Below are positions 16,086-25,557 of a DNA stretch of 50,847 bases, in pieces (the first letter of the stretch is position 1; every line of letters begins with the position of its first letter). The position numbers and the translations under genes are program-made. The notes below the pieces were generated by a model. It did not search any database and was not told the origin of the DNA. It saw only the letters and a list, made by a program, of their open reading frames with translations. Source of the DNA: a virus (lineage: Duplodnaviria; Caudoviricetes); the IMG/VR virus record IMGVR_UViG_3300035678_000003, positions 1 to 50,847 of that record; one strand, written 5' to 3'.

Positions 16086-17356
16086 GCCGCCAGCCGTTTT
16101 GGGACGCGATGAACTGCGGGGAATGCGGGGCCGACGCCTGCACCCACAGCCGCTCTGCGCACACGTATCTGGTGGAGAGCCAGGAGGTCGCCGACGCGAT
16201 CGAGGCCGCTACCGGGGTCCATCCGGTCGTCAATCCGCTCGTCCCGCAGGGCACGGCGTATGTCTTCCCCGCAGGCGTCGACGGACTGCCCGAATCACCC
16301 GCTGCGGGTTGGGTTGACCGGGGATACACCGACGACGGCTTCATGCGGTCGATGGAGGAGCGGAGGGCCGGGCACTGGCGGAACTATGTTCGGCTGATGA
16401 ATGAGCAGATCGAGGGGACGCTCATCCCTCCAGTCGGCTCGGTCCCTCCGCCCAACTCCGAGCTCGGACGGCTAATCGCGTCGGGGGCACACGGCGAGGT
16501 TCTGTTCGATGGCCCCGCTCGGCTGATCGTTACGCCCGACGACACTACCCCGCTCGGGGTGCCAATGGCGGACCACGAAAGGGCGAATACACACGCCCAG
16601 CTTCGGCAGCGATTTGAGCAGATGGCCGCACGCAGGGGGCTGACCACCGAGGTGATGCCCGGAGGGCTGGTGCACCGCGATCCGCACGACTTCTCGAACA
16701 TCGACGAGGCGCTGCGCTGCTGGAACTGGGCGAACTGTGGCGGCGAAGACCAGGGTCTCGGGTGGTGCTCCGAGTCGTGCCACACGGCCTTCCTGGAGTC
16801 GAAGTGGGGCCCCGCGCATCTGCGGCCGACCGACCGCTCCGAGGTCGCTCCCGATCTGCCGGAGCTGGAGGGCGACCCGCACGGGCTCAACGGCCGCGCC
16901 CACTGGTCATCGTCGCGGGGTGGTCAGGGCCTCACCGTACCGCCCGCCGAGCCGTCCACCGTGGTGGGGATTGGGTTCGACCGAAGCGAGTGGGAGGAGA
17001 TCGGGGCGACCACCGATCCGGCCGACGACTTCGGCTGGGTGCAATACGGGAACGCCGAGGCTGTGGCCCAGGCTCTGCCACACACCCGGTACGCCCCGGT
17101 CTCGGCGGCGATCACCGCGATCGAGCTGGCCGCCCGCCGCTGGTTCGACCCGTCCAACGCCCTGGATTTCCTCTGGGCTTGTAACTTCCAGCGCGAGGAG
17201 TGGCGAGTCACGATCGGTTGGGAGACCCGGCGGGCAGATGAGCAGGGAGCTGTCTACCATATGCGAAACGTGCACCAGCAGATGCTGCGCGCCGAGATGT
17301 TGGCCACGGTCGCCCCCGAATTCATCGCGGGTCGGCTCGTGTCCTACCTGGTCTAG
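16082..17356 (+). CDS. hypothetical protein
   Basis: ATGA overlap; long ORF. Confidence 0.75.
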   Translation: MSRQPFWDAMNCGECGADACTHSRSAHTYLVESQEVADAIEAATGVHPVVNPLVPQGTAYVFPAGVDGLPESPAAGWVDRGYTDDGFMRSMEERRAGHWRNYVRLMNEQIEGTLIPPVGSVPPPNSELGRLIASGAHGEVLFDGPARLIVTPDDTTPLGVPMADHERANTHAQLRQRFEQMAARRGLTTEVMPGGLVHRDPHDFSNIDEALRCWNWANCGGEDQGLGWCSESCHTAFLESKWGPAHLRPTDRSEVAPDLPELEGDPHGLNGRAHWSSSRGGQGLTVPPAEPSTVVGIGFDRSEWEEIGATTDPADDFGWVQYGNAEAVAQALPHTRYAPVSAAITAIELAARRWFDPSNALDFLWACNFQREEWRVTIGWETRRADEQGAVYHMRNVHQQMLRAEMLATVAPEFIAGRLVSYLV

Positions 17357-17383
17357 ACGCGATACTTACCACCGTGGTAAAAT
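17354..17383 (+). promoter_or_regulatory. promoter with operator
   Basis: TAGACG-18bp-TAAAAT; TTACCACCGTGGTAA at 17366..17380. Confidence 0.75.
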
Positions 17384-17421
17384 GGCGGGGTACACCTTCC
17401 CTGCCGGATGGAGTGATTCTA

Positions 17422-17919
17422 GTGGTTTCTGGACAGCAGCCGGGCGAGTCGGACCGCGACTACTTCCGCCGTCTCACGGCTGAGGCGAACAACCAAAAGC
17501 GTGCCAGCAAGGACGCGGAGACGCAGCGCTCGCTCGACGCCCAGGCGCGGGAACAGCGAGTCCGCGAGGCCCTGCAGTCGCAGGACGAGGAGTGGGTGGA
17601 CGAGCTGTCGTCCCTGCTCGGGGACGACTTCGCCCAGGCCAAGATCGACATCGAGCGGTACAAGATCCACACGCCGGGCCTGGACGCGGCGCTCTCGGAC
17701 ATCAACGCGGCGCAGTCGAAGTGGACGGCCGCCGGACGCGCGAAGGCGGGCAAAAAGGCCGTGCGCAAGCACAAGAACACGCTCAAGAAGACCAAGAAGG
17801 AGATCCAGAAGAACAAGGGCTGCGTGGTCTGGGCCGTCGTGATCGTCGGTGCGCTCGCGGGGGCCGTCTACGGCTCGTACGAGGGCGTTACCGCCATCGT
17901 GGGGGCCCTGGGCCAGTGA
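17422..17919 (+). CDS. C-terminally membrane-anchored hypothetical protein
   Basis: Helical, Lys-rich, then hydrophobic C-terminus. Confidence 0.75.
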   Translation: MVSGQQPGESDRDYFRRLTAEANNQKRASKDAETQRSLDAQAREQRVREALQSQDEEWVDELSSLLGDDFAQAKIDIERYKIHTPGLDAALSDINAAQSKWTAAGRAKAGKKAVRKHKNTLKKTKKEIQKNKGCVVWAVVIVGALAGAVYGSYEGVTAIVGALGQ

Positions 17920-18116
17920 GTCACCGCCTGCCCCAGGGACATCGCCCGCCCACCACTCCGGTGAGCGTAGCGATGGCCGTGGTAGCTTTCATCGTCTCCT
18001 GTGCGGTCGAGATCGCGGGCCGTGTCTGGTTCGACTTCGAGGCGCTCGGGCTGGTCGCCTGGCCGCTGCTCTACTTCGCCCTCACCACCTACTGCACCAA
18101 CCGCCCGAGAGGATAG
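17916..18116 (+). CDS. small membrane protein (2 TM)
   Basis: GTGA overlap; two hydrophobic segments. Confidence 0.6.
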   Translation: MSHRLPQGHRPPTTPVSVAMAVVAFIVSCAVEIAGRVWFDFEALGLVAWPLLYFALTTYCTNRPRG

Positions 18117-18120
18117 CCTC

Positions 18121-18246
18121 ATGGCCCGCCGTCGCTCAACCTGGTCACGCTGGAAGCGGGTTCGCCCGGTCCCCGTGCTCGTCTGGGTGACGGCGGGCTT
18201 GTTCTGGCTCATCTGGGGCATCACCCAGCTCGTCCACCGTTTCTAG
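18121..18246 (+). CDS. small membrane protein
   Basis: GAGAGGA RBS; basic N-terminus plus TM segment. Confidence 0.6.
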   Translation: MARRRSTWSRWKRVRPVPVLVWVTAGLFWLIWGITQLVHRF

Positions 18247-18259
18247 CTCAGGAGTCCTC

Positions 18260-18715
18260 GTGAACGACAGAATCAACGGCATGGCTGCCCGCGCCCACTC
18301 GCTGCAGTTCAGCGACACGGATATCGAGGCTGGTGCGAAGGCGATCATTCGCGCCGAGGTCGACCGGGGCCGCGTCACGCCCATCAACAACCCGAACTTC
18401 GAGCAGCTTTGGGTCAACTGCGCCAAGGAGCTGCGGGCCCAGGCCATCGACACCGCCCGCGCCGTCCTGCGGGCCGCCGAGGCCGTCTCCGCGCGCTCCG
18501 TGATCGTCCCCGCTGCCCCCGGTCTGGAGGGCGAGCTTGCGGCCCCCGGCGACTACGTGGAGGGCATCGGCGATGGCGGCCGGACCTGGCGCGGCGAGGT
18601 CATCCACTCGGCCACCTACACGACCACCATCCGCCGCGAGGGCACGAACTTCGAACAGACCGTGTGGACCCGCACCCTGCACAACGTCGAGCGCCCCGGG
18701 GTCGTCCGAACGTGA
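18260..18715 (+). CDS. hypothetical protein
   Basis: AGGAG RBS, GTG start. Confidence 0.75.
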   Translation: MNDRINGMAARAHSLQFSDTDIEAGAKAIIRAEVDRGRVTPINNPNFEQLWVNCAKELRAQAIDTARAVLRAAEAVSARSVIVPAAPGLEGELAAPGDYVEGIGDGGRTWRGEVIHSATYTTTIRREGTNFEQTVWTRTLHNVERPGVVRT

Positions 18716-18975
18716 TCCTGACCATCGCCAAAGTCATTGGCGGCCTCGCCGTCGTGTTCGTCATCCTGGGCATCCTCGCTGGCTGCCTGGTCGTGCTCTT
18801 CGAGAGGCTCGAACGTGAGATTAAGCACCACAAGGGCCATCGCCCTGAACGCGGCCGTCCAGTTAGTAAGCACCGATCGCGTGGGCCAGGACGGCGAGCT
18901 GTACGTGACGCGAACCCTGCAGATGGCCGAAGCGTTCGAGCAGTGGCTGAACCGCCCGAGTACGACCGCTACTGA
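18712..18975 (+). CDS. small membrane protein (3' part overlaps next gene)
   Basis: GTGA overlap; strongly hydrophobic N-terminus. Confidence 0.4.
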   Translation: MILTIAKVIGGLAVVFVILGILAGCLVVLFERLEREIKHHKGHRPERGRPVSKHRSRGPGRRAVRDANPADGRSVRAVAEPPEYDRY

Positions 18976-19072
18976 GGCCCCGCCCGTGCGCAAACCTGCC
19001 GCCTGGTTCCATCAGGCACCCGGTGCGGTCGAGGCCAGCAGTCCCCTCCCGAACATCGACCCGCCCCGCTAA
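18815..19072 (+). CDS. hypothetical protein
   Basis: GAGAGG RBS before GTG 18815. Confidence 0.6.
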   Translation: MRLSTTRAIALNAAVQLVSTDRVGQDGELYVTRTLQMAEAFEQWLNRPSTTATEAPPVRKPAAWFHQAPGAVEASSPLPNIDPPR

Positions 19073-19086
19073 AAGGAGAACCGACC

Positions 19087-19548
19087 ATGGGATTCCCTGC
19101 CGTTACCCCGAAGTTGCTCAACTACCTGTTCACCGTGCCGCCGGACTCGGTCGTCACCATCGACCAGATCTACGCCGCGACGGGCATCCCGCCCCGCTCC
19201 ATCGTCTCCGGCGTCGAGCACTCCATCCGTACGCGCCGGATCGACGGCGACGTGATCCACCCCGGCCGCGAGTGGCGTTGGATGGGTCTGGGCGAGAACG
19301 CCAAGGGCGTCGACCGCGAACGTCAGGCGCTGGTCGGCCTGAAGTTCCTCGCGCCGCCGACTGCTCACGACGCCGAGGTCGCCCAGCGCATCGACTTCGT
19401 GGCCAAGCAGCTCGCCGCCCCCACTTCGCCCCCGCGCGTCGCTGGTAAGAACGGCCGCGTCTTCGAGCAGCTCCGAGTCCTGAAGGACGGCTCCCTGCTG
19501 ATCGAGGACGAGAACGGCGAGCTGTACCGCGCAACGGAGATCCTGTGA
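19087..19548 (+). CDS. hypothetical protein, possibly winged-helix
   Basis: AAGGAG RBS; TIDQIYAATGIPPRSIVSGV helix pattern. Confidence 0.75.
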   Translation: MGFPAVTPKLLNYLFTVPPDSVVTIDQIYAATGIPPRSIVSGVEHSIRTRRIDGDVIHPGREWRWMGLGENAKGVDRERQALVGLKFLAPPTAHDAEVAQRIDFVAKQLAAPTSPPRVAGKNGRVFEQLRVLKDGSLLIEDENGELYRATEIL

Positions 19549-19622
19549 GCTGGCCTGAAGCGGTCGTCTTTGTCGCGATCCTGGCGACCTTCGCGCTCGT
19601 GATGCGCTGGTGCCTGAAGTGA
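19545..19622 (+). CDS. 25-aa hydrophobic peptide
   Basis: GTGA overlaps at both ends; MSWPEAVVFVAILATFALVMRWCLK. Confidence 0.45.
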   Translation: MSWPEAVVFVAILATFALVMRWCLK

Positions 19623-19861
19623 AGCCCCTGTGCAAGCACGGCGTCCGCCGGGGCACCTGCCGCGACGCGGACTGTCGTCCCTCCCACCCGGCCGCCCGAT
19701 CTGCTAGCGTGGCCGTGGACTCGCCGGATCGCGGACCGACTATCGCCGCCGCGTTCGACTCCGAGTGCGGTGAATGCTTCGGCCCGGTGAGTCAGGGAGA
19801 CGAGATCTGCCCCGTGGACGGGGTCTGGATGCACGACGAATGCGCTGACGCGCTCGAATAA
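19619..19861 (+). CDS. small Zn-finger-like protein
   Basis: CKHG..C...C and CGEC...H.EC motifs. Confidence 0.65.
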   Translation: MKPLCKHGVRRGTCRDADCRPSHPAARSASVAVDSPDRGPTIAAAFDSECGECFGPVSQGDEICPVDGVWMHDECADALE

Positions 19862-19870
19862 GGAGAACCA

Positions 19871-20068
19871 GTGATCACCATCATCCGCCCGAAGCACTCG
19901 CACCTGTTCGAACTGCGCCACAACGGGGCCCTCATCATCGCCTCCGGGCACAAGGAGATCCTCGGGGCCCGCCTGCTCGACCTGATGGTGAAGGAGGGCT
20001 CGGAAACCGTCGCGTACAACGACGAGCGCAGCATGACCGCTCGCGCGGCCGACACCAAGACCGAGTAG
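19871..20068 (+). CDS. hypothetical protein
   Basis: AAGGAG RBS. Confidence 0.7.
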   Translation: MITIIRPKHSHLFELRHNGALIIASGHKEILGARLLDLMVKEGSETVAYNDERSMTARAADTKTE

Positions 20069-20069
20069 C

Positions 20070-20126
20070 TTGTAGAGGGTCTACAACGCGACGCCCCTGG
20101 GATCCGCTCCTGGGGGCGTCGACTTG
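20070..20126 (+). terminator. tandem hairpins, probable terminator
   Basis: ttgtaga/tctacaa and cgacgcccc/ggggcgtcg stems. Confidence 0.6.
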
Positions 20127-20160
20127 TTCAAGGCAAACAATGAATAAGCGCCTGCTTACC

Positions 20161-20209
20161 TTACCTGCGTGGTAAGAGAGCACCTCCCCCTAAACCACGG
20201 TGGTAAACT
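20161..20209 (+). promoter_or_regulatory. two operator-like palindromes upstream of terminase
   Basis: TTACCTGCGTGGTAA (20161..20175), AAACCACGGTGGTAA (20192..20206) plus TAAACT. Confidence 0.7.
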
Positions 20210-20216
20210 CCGTCGT

Positions 20217-21785
20217 ATGCCGGAGACGAGCTTGCAGAAAGCGCCCGACCCATTCGAGCTGGCGGCTCGGCGATTCGAGCGACGTGGGTCCGCGCAATAC
20301 CTGTACAACCCGCTGGGATGGATCGACCGGTTCGTTAAGTTCCCGGTCACGAGCGACGGCCCAGGTGCCTTGACGCCGTACCAGCGCGAGTCTATCAACG
20401 ACCTGGTGATAGCTCGGCGCGTGGCAGTCCGGGGCCCGCACGGGCTAGGCAAGACGACCTCGAACGCACTGGTGATCCTGTGGTTCGCGCTATCGCGGGA
20501 GGACGCGCGGATCGACTGGAAGATCATCACGACGGCCGGGGTCTGGCGGCAGCTGGAAGTGTACCTCTGGCCCGAGATCCACAAGTGGGCCGGACTGCTG
20601 GACTGGGAGGCGCTGGGCCGCGCGCCGTTTGACCCGATCCACGAGCTGCAGACCCTGAATCTCAAGCTTCACCACGGCGCGGCCACCGCCGTCGCGTCCA
20701 GTAAGAAGGAACTGATCGAGGGTGCGCACGCCGACTCGATCCTGTACGTGTTCGACGAGGGCAAGGCGATCGACGCCGACATCTTCGACGCGGCCGAGGG
20801 TGCGTTCTCCGGAGCTCGCGAACAGGGCTTGCCCGAGGCGTTCGGCCTGGCGCAGTCGACCCCCGGCGACACCTCCGGCCGCTTCTACGACATCCACCGA
20901 CGGGCCCCCGGGCTAGATGACTGGAAGGTCCGGCACGTCACGCTGTCCGAGTGTATCGCGGCCGGACGGGTGTCCCCGACATGGGCTAACAACCGTGCTA
21001 AGCAGTGGGGTATCGACTCCGCCGTCTACGCCAACCGCGTACTCGGCGAGTTCCACTCCTCGGACGAGGACACGACGGTACCGCTCGCGTGGGTCGAGGC
21101 CGCAATCGAGCGCTGGCACATGTGGGAGGAGCAGGGCAAACCCGTGCTGGACGGCCGCCGGGTGGTCGGGGTCGACGTGGCGCGCGGGGGTGGCGACCTC
21201 ACGGTCATCGCGGACCGCATCGGGCCGATCGTCTACCCGCTCACGCGCATGGATGTGGCGGACACGATGAAAGTCGCGAAGGCAACCGCGCGTCGCATGC
21301 CGAACCGCACCGACCTGGCCGTGATCGATGTGATCGGCATCGGCGCAGGCGTGGTCGACTACCTGCGGATGAAGAAGGTGCACAACATCCACGCGTTCAA
21401 TGCGGCCCGCAAAACCAGCATGCGGGACAGGTCCGGGGAGTTCGGCTTCGTGAACCAGCGCGCGGCCATGTGGTGGACGATGCGCGAGATGCTGGATCCC
21501 ACATTCGGGCCGACCCTCGCGCTGCCGGACGATGATGACCTGATCGGCGAACTGACCTCGCCGCGCTGGTGGGTCACCCCGAGTGGCAAAATCCAGGTCG
21601 AATCGAAGGACGAGGTTCGGAAGCGGATCGGTCGCTCGACTGACTCGGCGGACCCGGTTTGCCAATCGCTCCTGACCGACACCGAATTCAACCAGGTAGA
21701 ATCGACCGAACCAGACGCCTACGCGTACGCGGATTCGCCTTCCGCTAGCCAGGGCTCGAACACCGACGCCTATTCGTGGGAGTGA
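20217..21785 (+). CDS. terL: terminase large subunit
   Basis: GPHGLGKTT Walker A, VFDEG Walker B, GVDVARGGGD nuclease motif, RSTDSAD. Confidence 0.93.
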   Translation: MPETSLQKAPDPFELAARRFERRGSAQYLYNPLGWIDRFVKFPVTSDGPGALTPYQRESINDLVIARRVAVRGPHGLGKTTSNALVILWFALSREDARIDWKIITTAGVWRQLEVYLWPEIHKWAGLLDWEALGRAPFDPIHELQTLNLKLHHGAATAVASSKKELIEGAHADSILYVFDEGKAIDADIFDAAEGAFSGAREQGLPEAFGLAQSTPGDTSGRFYDIHRRAPGLDDWKVRHVTLSECIAAGRVSPTWANNRAKQWGIDSAVYANRVLGEFHSSDEDTTVPLAWVEAAIERWHMWEEQGKPVLDGRRVVGVDVARGGGDLTVIADRIGPIVYPLTRMDVADTMKVAKATARRMPNRTDLAVIDVIGIGAGVVDYLRMKKVHNIHAFNAARKTSMRDRSGEFGFVNQRAAMWWTMREMLDPTFGPTLALPDDDDLIGELTSPRWWVTPSGKIQVESKDEVRKRIGRSTDSADPVCQSLLTDTEFNQVESTEPDAYAYADSPSASQGSNTDAYSWE

Positions 21786-23290
21786 CCGTGACCAGCACCG
21801 AGGAAATCCCGATCAACGGCCGTCCCCTCACCGACGACGAGCGGATGGACAAGGAGAAGGGCACCGCGTTCGACTGGGTAGCCTGGCCCGCAAACGTCAG
21901 CCTCGACGGGGACGTCGCGACCGAATACCCGGACCGCGAATGGGCCGCCATGATCGAGGACATGCTCAAGCAGGACGGACAGGCGAGCGCCGTGCTGACG
22001 GCCCTGACCATGCCCCTGCGGATGGCGAACACGACCATCGAGAAGCCGGATGGCGTCGGTGCCGAGAAGATCACCGACTGGATCACGCAGGCACTGACCG
22101 CGCGGGAGTGGGAAGGCGGAATGGAAACGCCGCTCGCGACCGTGATCGGGCAGATGACGCGGGCCCGAGCCATGAAGCGCAGCTACCACGAGAAGGTGTT
22201 CACGCGGGACTCCGAGGGCAAGACGATCTACAAGAAGCTCGCGTGGCGGCCCCCGGTCAGCTGCCACCTGATGCGCAAGAAGAGCAACGGCGACATTATC
22301 GGGTTCAAGCAGTGGCAGGACCCGTTCGGCACCGACGAGCAGGACCTCGACAAAGAGGGCTACGTCGTGATCGAGAAGCCGTACGCGCTGGTCTACGTGC
22401 ACGGGCAGCACATCGACCCGATGTACGGGCACTCCGACATGGACGTGAGCGCCTGGGCCTTCGAGATGAAGTCGCGGGTGGTCAAACTGTGGATCCGGTA
22501 CTGCGACCGGATGAGCATGCCGAAGACCGTGGTGTACGGCAAGGACCCGACCACTGCGGCGAACAACGCGCGGTCGATCAGTCGGCTCGGTGGCGCGGGA
22601 GTCGCGGCCGTCACCCGGACCAGCCCCGACGAGAAGATGTTCGACGTGCTGGACAACTCGGGGGGTGGCGCGGCGCAGGCAGCGTTCGCCGACCTGGTCA
22701 AGTACCTGGATGGCATGATGAGCCGCTCGGTGATGGCGAGCTGGATCGACCTCCCGTCGTCGGCCGGATCCGGCGCGGGCAGCTACGCACTGTCGGCCGA
22801 CCAGTCCGGCATCTTCATGCAGGGCACGTTCGCCGTCGCGCAGGAGATCGGGGACCTGGTCACGGCTCGGGTGATCGCGCCACTGGTGCGGCGGAACTTC
22901 GGCCCGAAGGCACCGGTCCCGCGCTTCGTGTTCGAGAAGATCGACTCGGACCAGACCGACCGGATGCTTGCGCTGATCACCGCCGTGATGACGGGGCCAT
23001 CGGGTCAGGGTATGCCGCAGGGAATCTTCCACATGCTGGTGGAGAAGCTCGGGCAGTTCCTGAACCTGGACGACCAGCGGGTGCGCAAGATCCTGGCCGA
23101 GGAGCCCCCGCCAGCACCCCCAGTCGACCCCAACGCACCCGTCCCCGTGGACGCAGGAGCGCCGGTAGACGGGGCCGGGGCACCGGACGCCGGACCCGCG
23201 CCCGCACCCGCTGCGGTAGGCTCGGACGGGCAGCGGCTGGCGGATCTGCTCAAGGCCGCGAACATCCAGTTGACACGAGAGGGCAAGTAA
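21776..23290 (+). CDS. portal protein (DUF935/Mu gp29-like)
   Basis: Position after terL, ~500 aa, GSYALS motif; start uncertain (GTG 21776/21782/21788). Confidence 0.85.
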   Translation: MGVTVTSTEEIPINGRPLTDDERMDKEKGTAFDWVAWPANVSLDGDVATEYPDREWAAMIEDMLKQDGQASAVLTALTMPLRMANTTIEKPDGVGAEKITDWITQALTAREWEGGMETPLATVIGQMTRARAMKRSYHEKVFTRDSEGKTIYKKLAWRPPVSCHLMRKKSNGDIIGFKQWQDPFGTDEQDLDKEGYVVIEKPYALVYVHGQHIDPMYGHSDMDVSAWAFEMKSRVVKLWIRYCDRMSMPKTVVYGKDPTTAANNARSISRLGGAGVAAVTRTSPDEKMFDVLDNSGGGAAQAAFADLVKYLDGMMSRSVMASWIDLPSSAGSGAGSYALSADQSGIFMQGTFAVAQEIGDLVTARVIAPLVRRNFGPKAPVPRFVFEKIDSDQTDRMLALITAVMTGPSGQGMPQGIFHMLVEKLGQFLNLDDQRVRKILAEEPPPAPPVDPNAPVPVDAGAPVDGAGAPDAGPAPAPAAVGSDGQRLADLLKAANIQLTREGK

Positions 23291-23520
23291 TGGCAACGGT
23301 TTGGGAGAACAGGCACCCCGGGACCCAGCACTTCGAGGAGGTCTTCCAGTTCGACCACCTCGCGACGGGCCGACTGCGCGACATCAGTTCGAAGTGCGCG
23401 GAGCTGGCCGAGTTCATGGTGTCGGAACTGCCGGACGGGCAGGAGCTCACGGCCGGGCTGCGCTCGCTGTGGGAGGCTAAGAACTGCTTCGTGCTGCAGG
23501 CAGCGAGGTTCGACAAATAA
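23290..23520 (+). CDS. small helical-hairpin protein, Acb2/Tad1-like candidate
   Basis: F.FDHL...LP...ELTAGLRSLWEAKNCFV pattern. Confidence 0.6.
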   Translation: MATVWENRHPGTQHFEEVFQFDHLATGRLRDISSKCAELAEFMVSELPDGQELTAGLRSLWEAKNCFVLQAARFDK

Positions 23521-23681
23521 TGCCTGTCACCTGGCCGTACTACGACGAACGCAACCTGTTCGAGGACAACACGCTCGTGGTCGTGCCGAATAGGCGCGAA
23601 AAGAGGGCCCGGATGAAGGCCCAGTTCCGCACCGCGAAGAACGGCCGGGGCAAGCAGTCCCGAAGGGGGAAGCGAAAGTGA
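23520..23681 (+). CDS. small basic hypothetical protein
   Basis: TAATG and GTGA coupling on both sides; 53 aa. Confidence 0.55.
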   Translation: MPVTWPYYDERNLFEDNTLVVVPNRREKRARMKAQFRTAKNGRGKQSRRGKRK

Positions 23682-23893
23682 AATACCTCGTGGCTTGCAT
23701 GACGTGCATCCAGGTCGACGACGCGGTGATCGCGGTCGAGCCGGAGCAGGACGGCGAAGGCGCGTACGTCGGCACCCGGCAGAACACGGCATGGGTGCCG
23801 GACTTCAGCACCCGGCAGGCATGGGTGACCGCGCACAACGCGCGGGTGGAATCGGCCTCGCACGACGTCGAAATCATGGGGACCGAGTACTGA
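23678..23893 (+). CDS. hypothetical protein
   Basis: Coupled ORF; CxxC...H...H. Confidence 0.65.
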   Translation: MKYLVACMTCIQVDDAVIAVEPEQDGEGAYVGTRQNTAWVPDFSTRQAWVTAHNARVESASHDVEIMGTEY

Positions 23894-24261
23894 TGAGCGA
23901 TACCGAGAAGGACCTTCCAAATGAGGTGAGCGACGGCGAACCGGGGCTATTCGACCGGTTCGCCGACCGAGTGTCGCGGGTCACCGCCAAGGCGTGGTTC
24001 TTCACGGCGTGCGTGGCGCTGGTGATCGTGTGGGCCCCGTCGTTCCTGGTGGTGCCCGACATCGACACCTGGCAGCTACTGATCAACACCCCGACAACGG
24101 TAGTGACGTTCCTGCTGGTAGGGCTGATGCAGAATTCAGCTGCACGCACCAACGCTGCTACGCAACAGAAACTGAACGCCATCGCGCGATCCCTGCTCGA
24201 CCCGATGGACACGCGAGACCTAGAAGAGGTCGTCGGCCTGGAAGACCGAGAGGGCAGCTAA
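23893..24261 (+). CDS. low-affinity iron permease (Fet4-like) family membrane protein
   Basis: FDRFA...DTWQLLINTPTTVVTFLLVGLMQN...QQKLNAI family signature. Confidence 0.8.
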   Translation: MSDTEKDLPNEVSDGEPGLFDRFADRVSRVTAKAWFFTACVALVIVWAPSFLVVPDIDTWQLLINTPTTVVTFLLVGLMQNSAARTNAATQQKLNAIARSLLDPMDTRDLEEVVGLEDREGS

Positions 24262-24262
24262 G

Positions 24263-25282
24263 ATGACCGCACCCACTGCGCCAGCCGAGACACCGCCGAC
24301 AATCCCCGAACAGAAGTACATCGAGCAGATAGCAGTGCTGCTTGCGGGAGCGGCGACGGTTGGCGCAGTGGTGGCGGCGCTCGGCGCGATCCCCGGCATC
24401 GGGCTGCAGGCGGCCAAGCAGCTGTTGCACCCGGACCATGACGTGGTTGACCTGCTCGAACTGCGGCCCCCCGCGCTGGCCCCCTCAGTGGTCCGGGTGC
24501 AGCACCGCGCGAACAGCATGCGCCGTGCCGCCTACCTGGTCAACGCGGGCCGTCGGGTGGGCACGGCGGTACTGCGGGCCCGGCGAGACCCGGGAGCGAT
24601 CGGGAAGGCCATCGAGGCTGAGCGTCGGCACCTCAAGTCGCACCTGGCCGCGACCAAGCTGCGGGTGGCGGCAGCCCAGCAGGTGCAGGCGGAGTACGAC
24701 AAAGAATCGGCTCGGCGGCCTTCGGCGAACGCGAGCAAGCCGACGCTGCAGGCGATGGCGCAGTCGCGCAACATCGAGCTCGGCTGGTACGCGATCCTGG
24801 ACAAGAAGACCAGCCCCGAGTGCCGCGCCGCGAACGGCAAAAACTTCGACCCGATCAACCCACCACCGATCGGCCTGCCTGGCACGGTGCACCCGAAGTG
24901 CCGTTGCACGGCCGGGCCAAAACACGCGACGAACAAACAGGTAGCAAGCATCCCGCTCGTGGTGGCGGCGACGAACGAAGGGTACGTCATGCGCGTCGTT
25001 AAACTGACCAAGCACGAGGTGGACTCACGGTCCCTGCCCGAGCTGGAGAACAAGCCCGGCAAGACGAATTGGGTGGAGAAGAGTGGCGGCCTGCCCAGCT
25101 ACATCAAGCGGATCGCGAAGCACCTGCAGGCGAAGGGAATGGCCGAGGGCCACGCGATCGCGGCGGCGCACAACACGTGCGTGAGGTGGGCAGCGGGTGG
25201 CGACGGGGTGACGGCCGAGACGCAAGCGAAAGCGGCGGCAGCCCTGGCCGAGTGGAACGCCAAGGCCGCCGCCAGCCACTAA
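24263..25282 (+). CDS. MuF-like head morphogenesis protein with C-terminal extension
   Basis: WYAILDKKTSPEC...G...HPKCRC MuF motif. Confidence 0.8.
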   Translation: MTAPTAPAETPPTIPEQKYIEQIAVLLAGAATVGAVVAALGAIPGIGLQAAKQLLHPDHDVVDLLELRPPALAPSVVRVQHRANSMRRAAYLVNAGRRVGTAVLRARRDPGAIGKAIEAERRHLKSHLAATKLRVAAAQQVQAEYDKESARRPSANASKPTLQAMAQSRNIELGWYAILDKKTSPECRAANGKNFDPINPPPIGLPGTVHPKCRCTAGPKHATNKQVASIPLVVAATNEGYVMRVVKLTKHEVDSRSLPELENKPGKTNWVEKSGGLPSYIKRIAKHLQAKGMAEGHAIAAAHNTCVRWAAGGDGVTAETQAKAAAALAEWNAKAAASH

Positions 25283-25557
25283 AGGTCGTGCCGGGCCTTG
25301 TTGACGACGGCCACCACATCGGCGAAGAACGTGTCGACCGAGACCGTGTCGGCCCGGATGCATGCGCCGCAGAATGCGGACTTCATGATCTCGGGCAGAC
25401 GCAGGGCCATGCGGTCGACGCCGAACTTGCCACAACGCGACATCGTTCCGGACGGCCGCAGGACGTGCAGCTTCCAGGAGACCGAACCATCCGGCTTCGT
25501 GACGCCGAAGACGGCGGTAGCCTCGGTGACAGCCAGCGCCACGCGGTCCGGGGTCAC
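25279..25557 (-). CDS. hypothetical protein
   Basis: Overlap-coupled with the upstream minus-strand gene; H...C...CxxC. Confidence 0.65.
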   Translation of the reverse strand: MTPDRVALAVTEATAVFGVTKPDGSVSWKLHVLRPSGTMSRCGKFGVDRMALRLPEIMKSAFCGACIRADTVSVDTFFADVVAVVNKARHDL

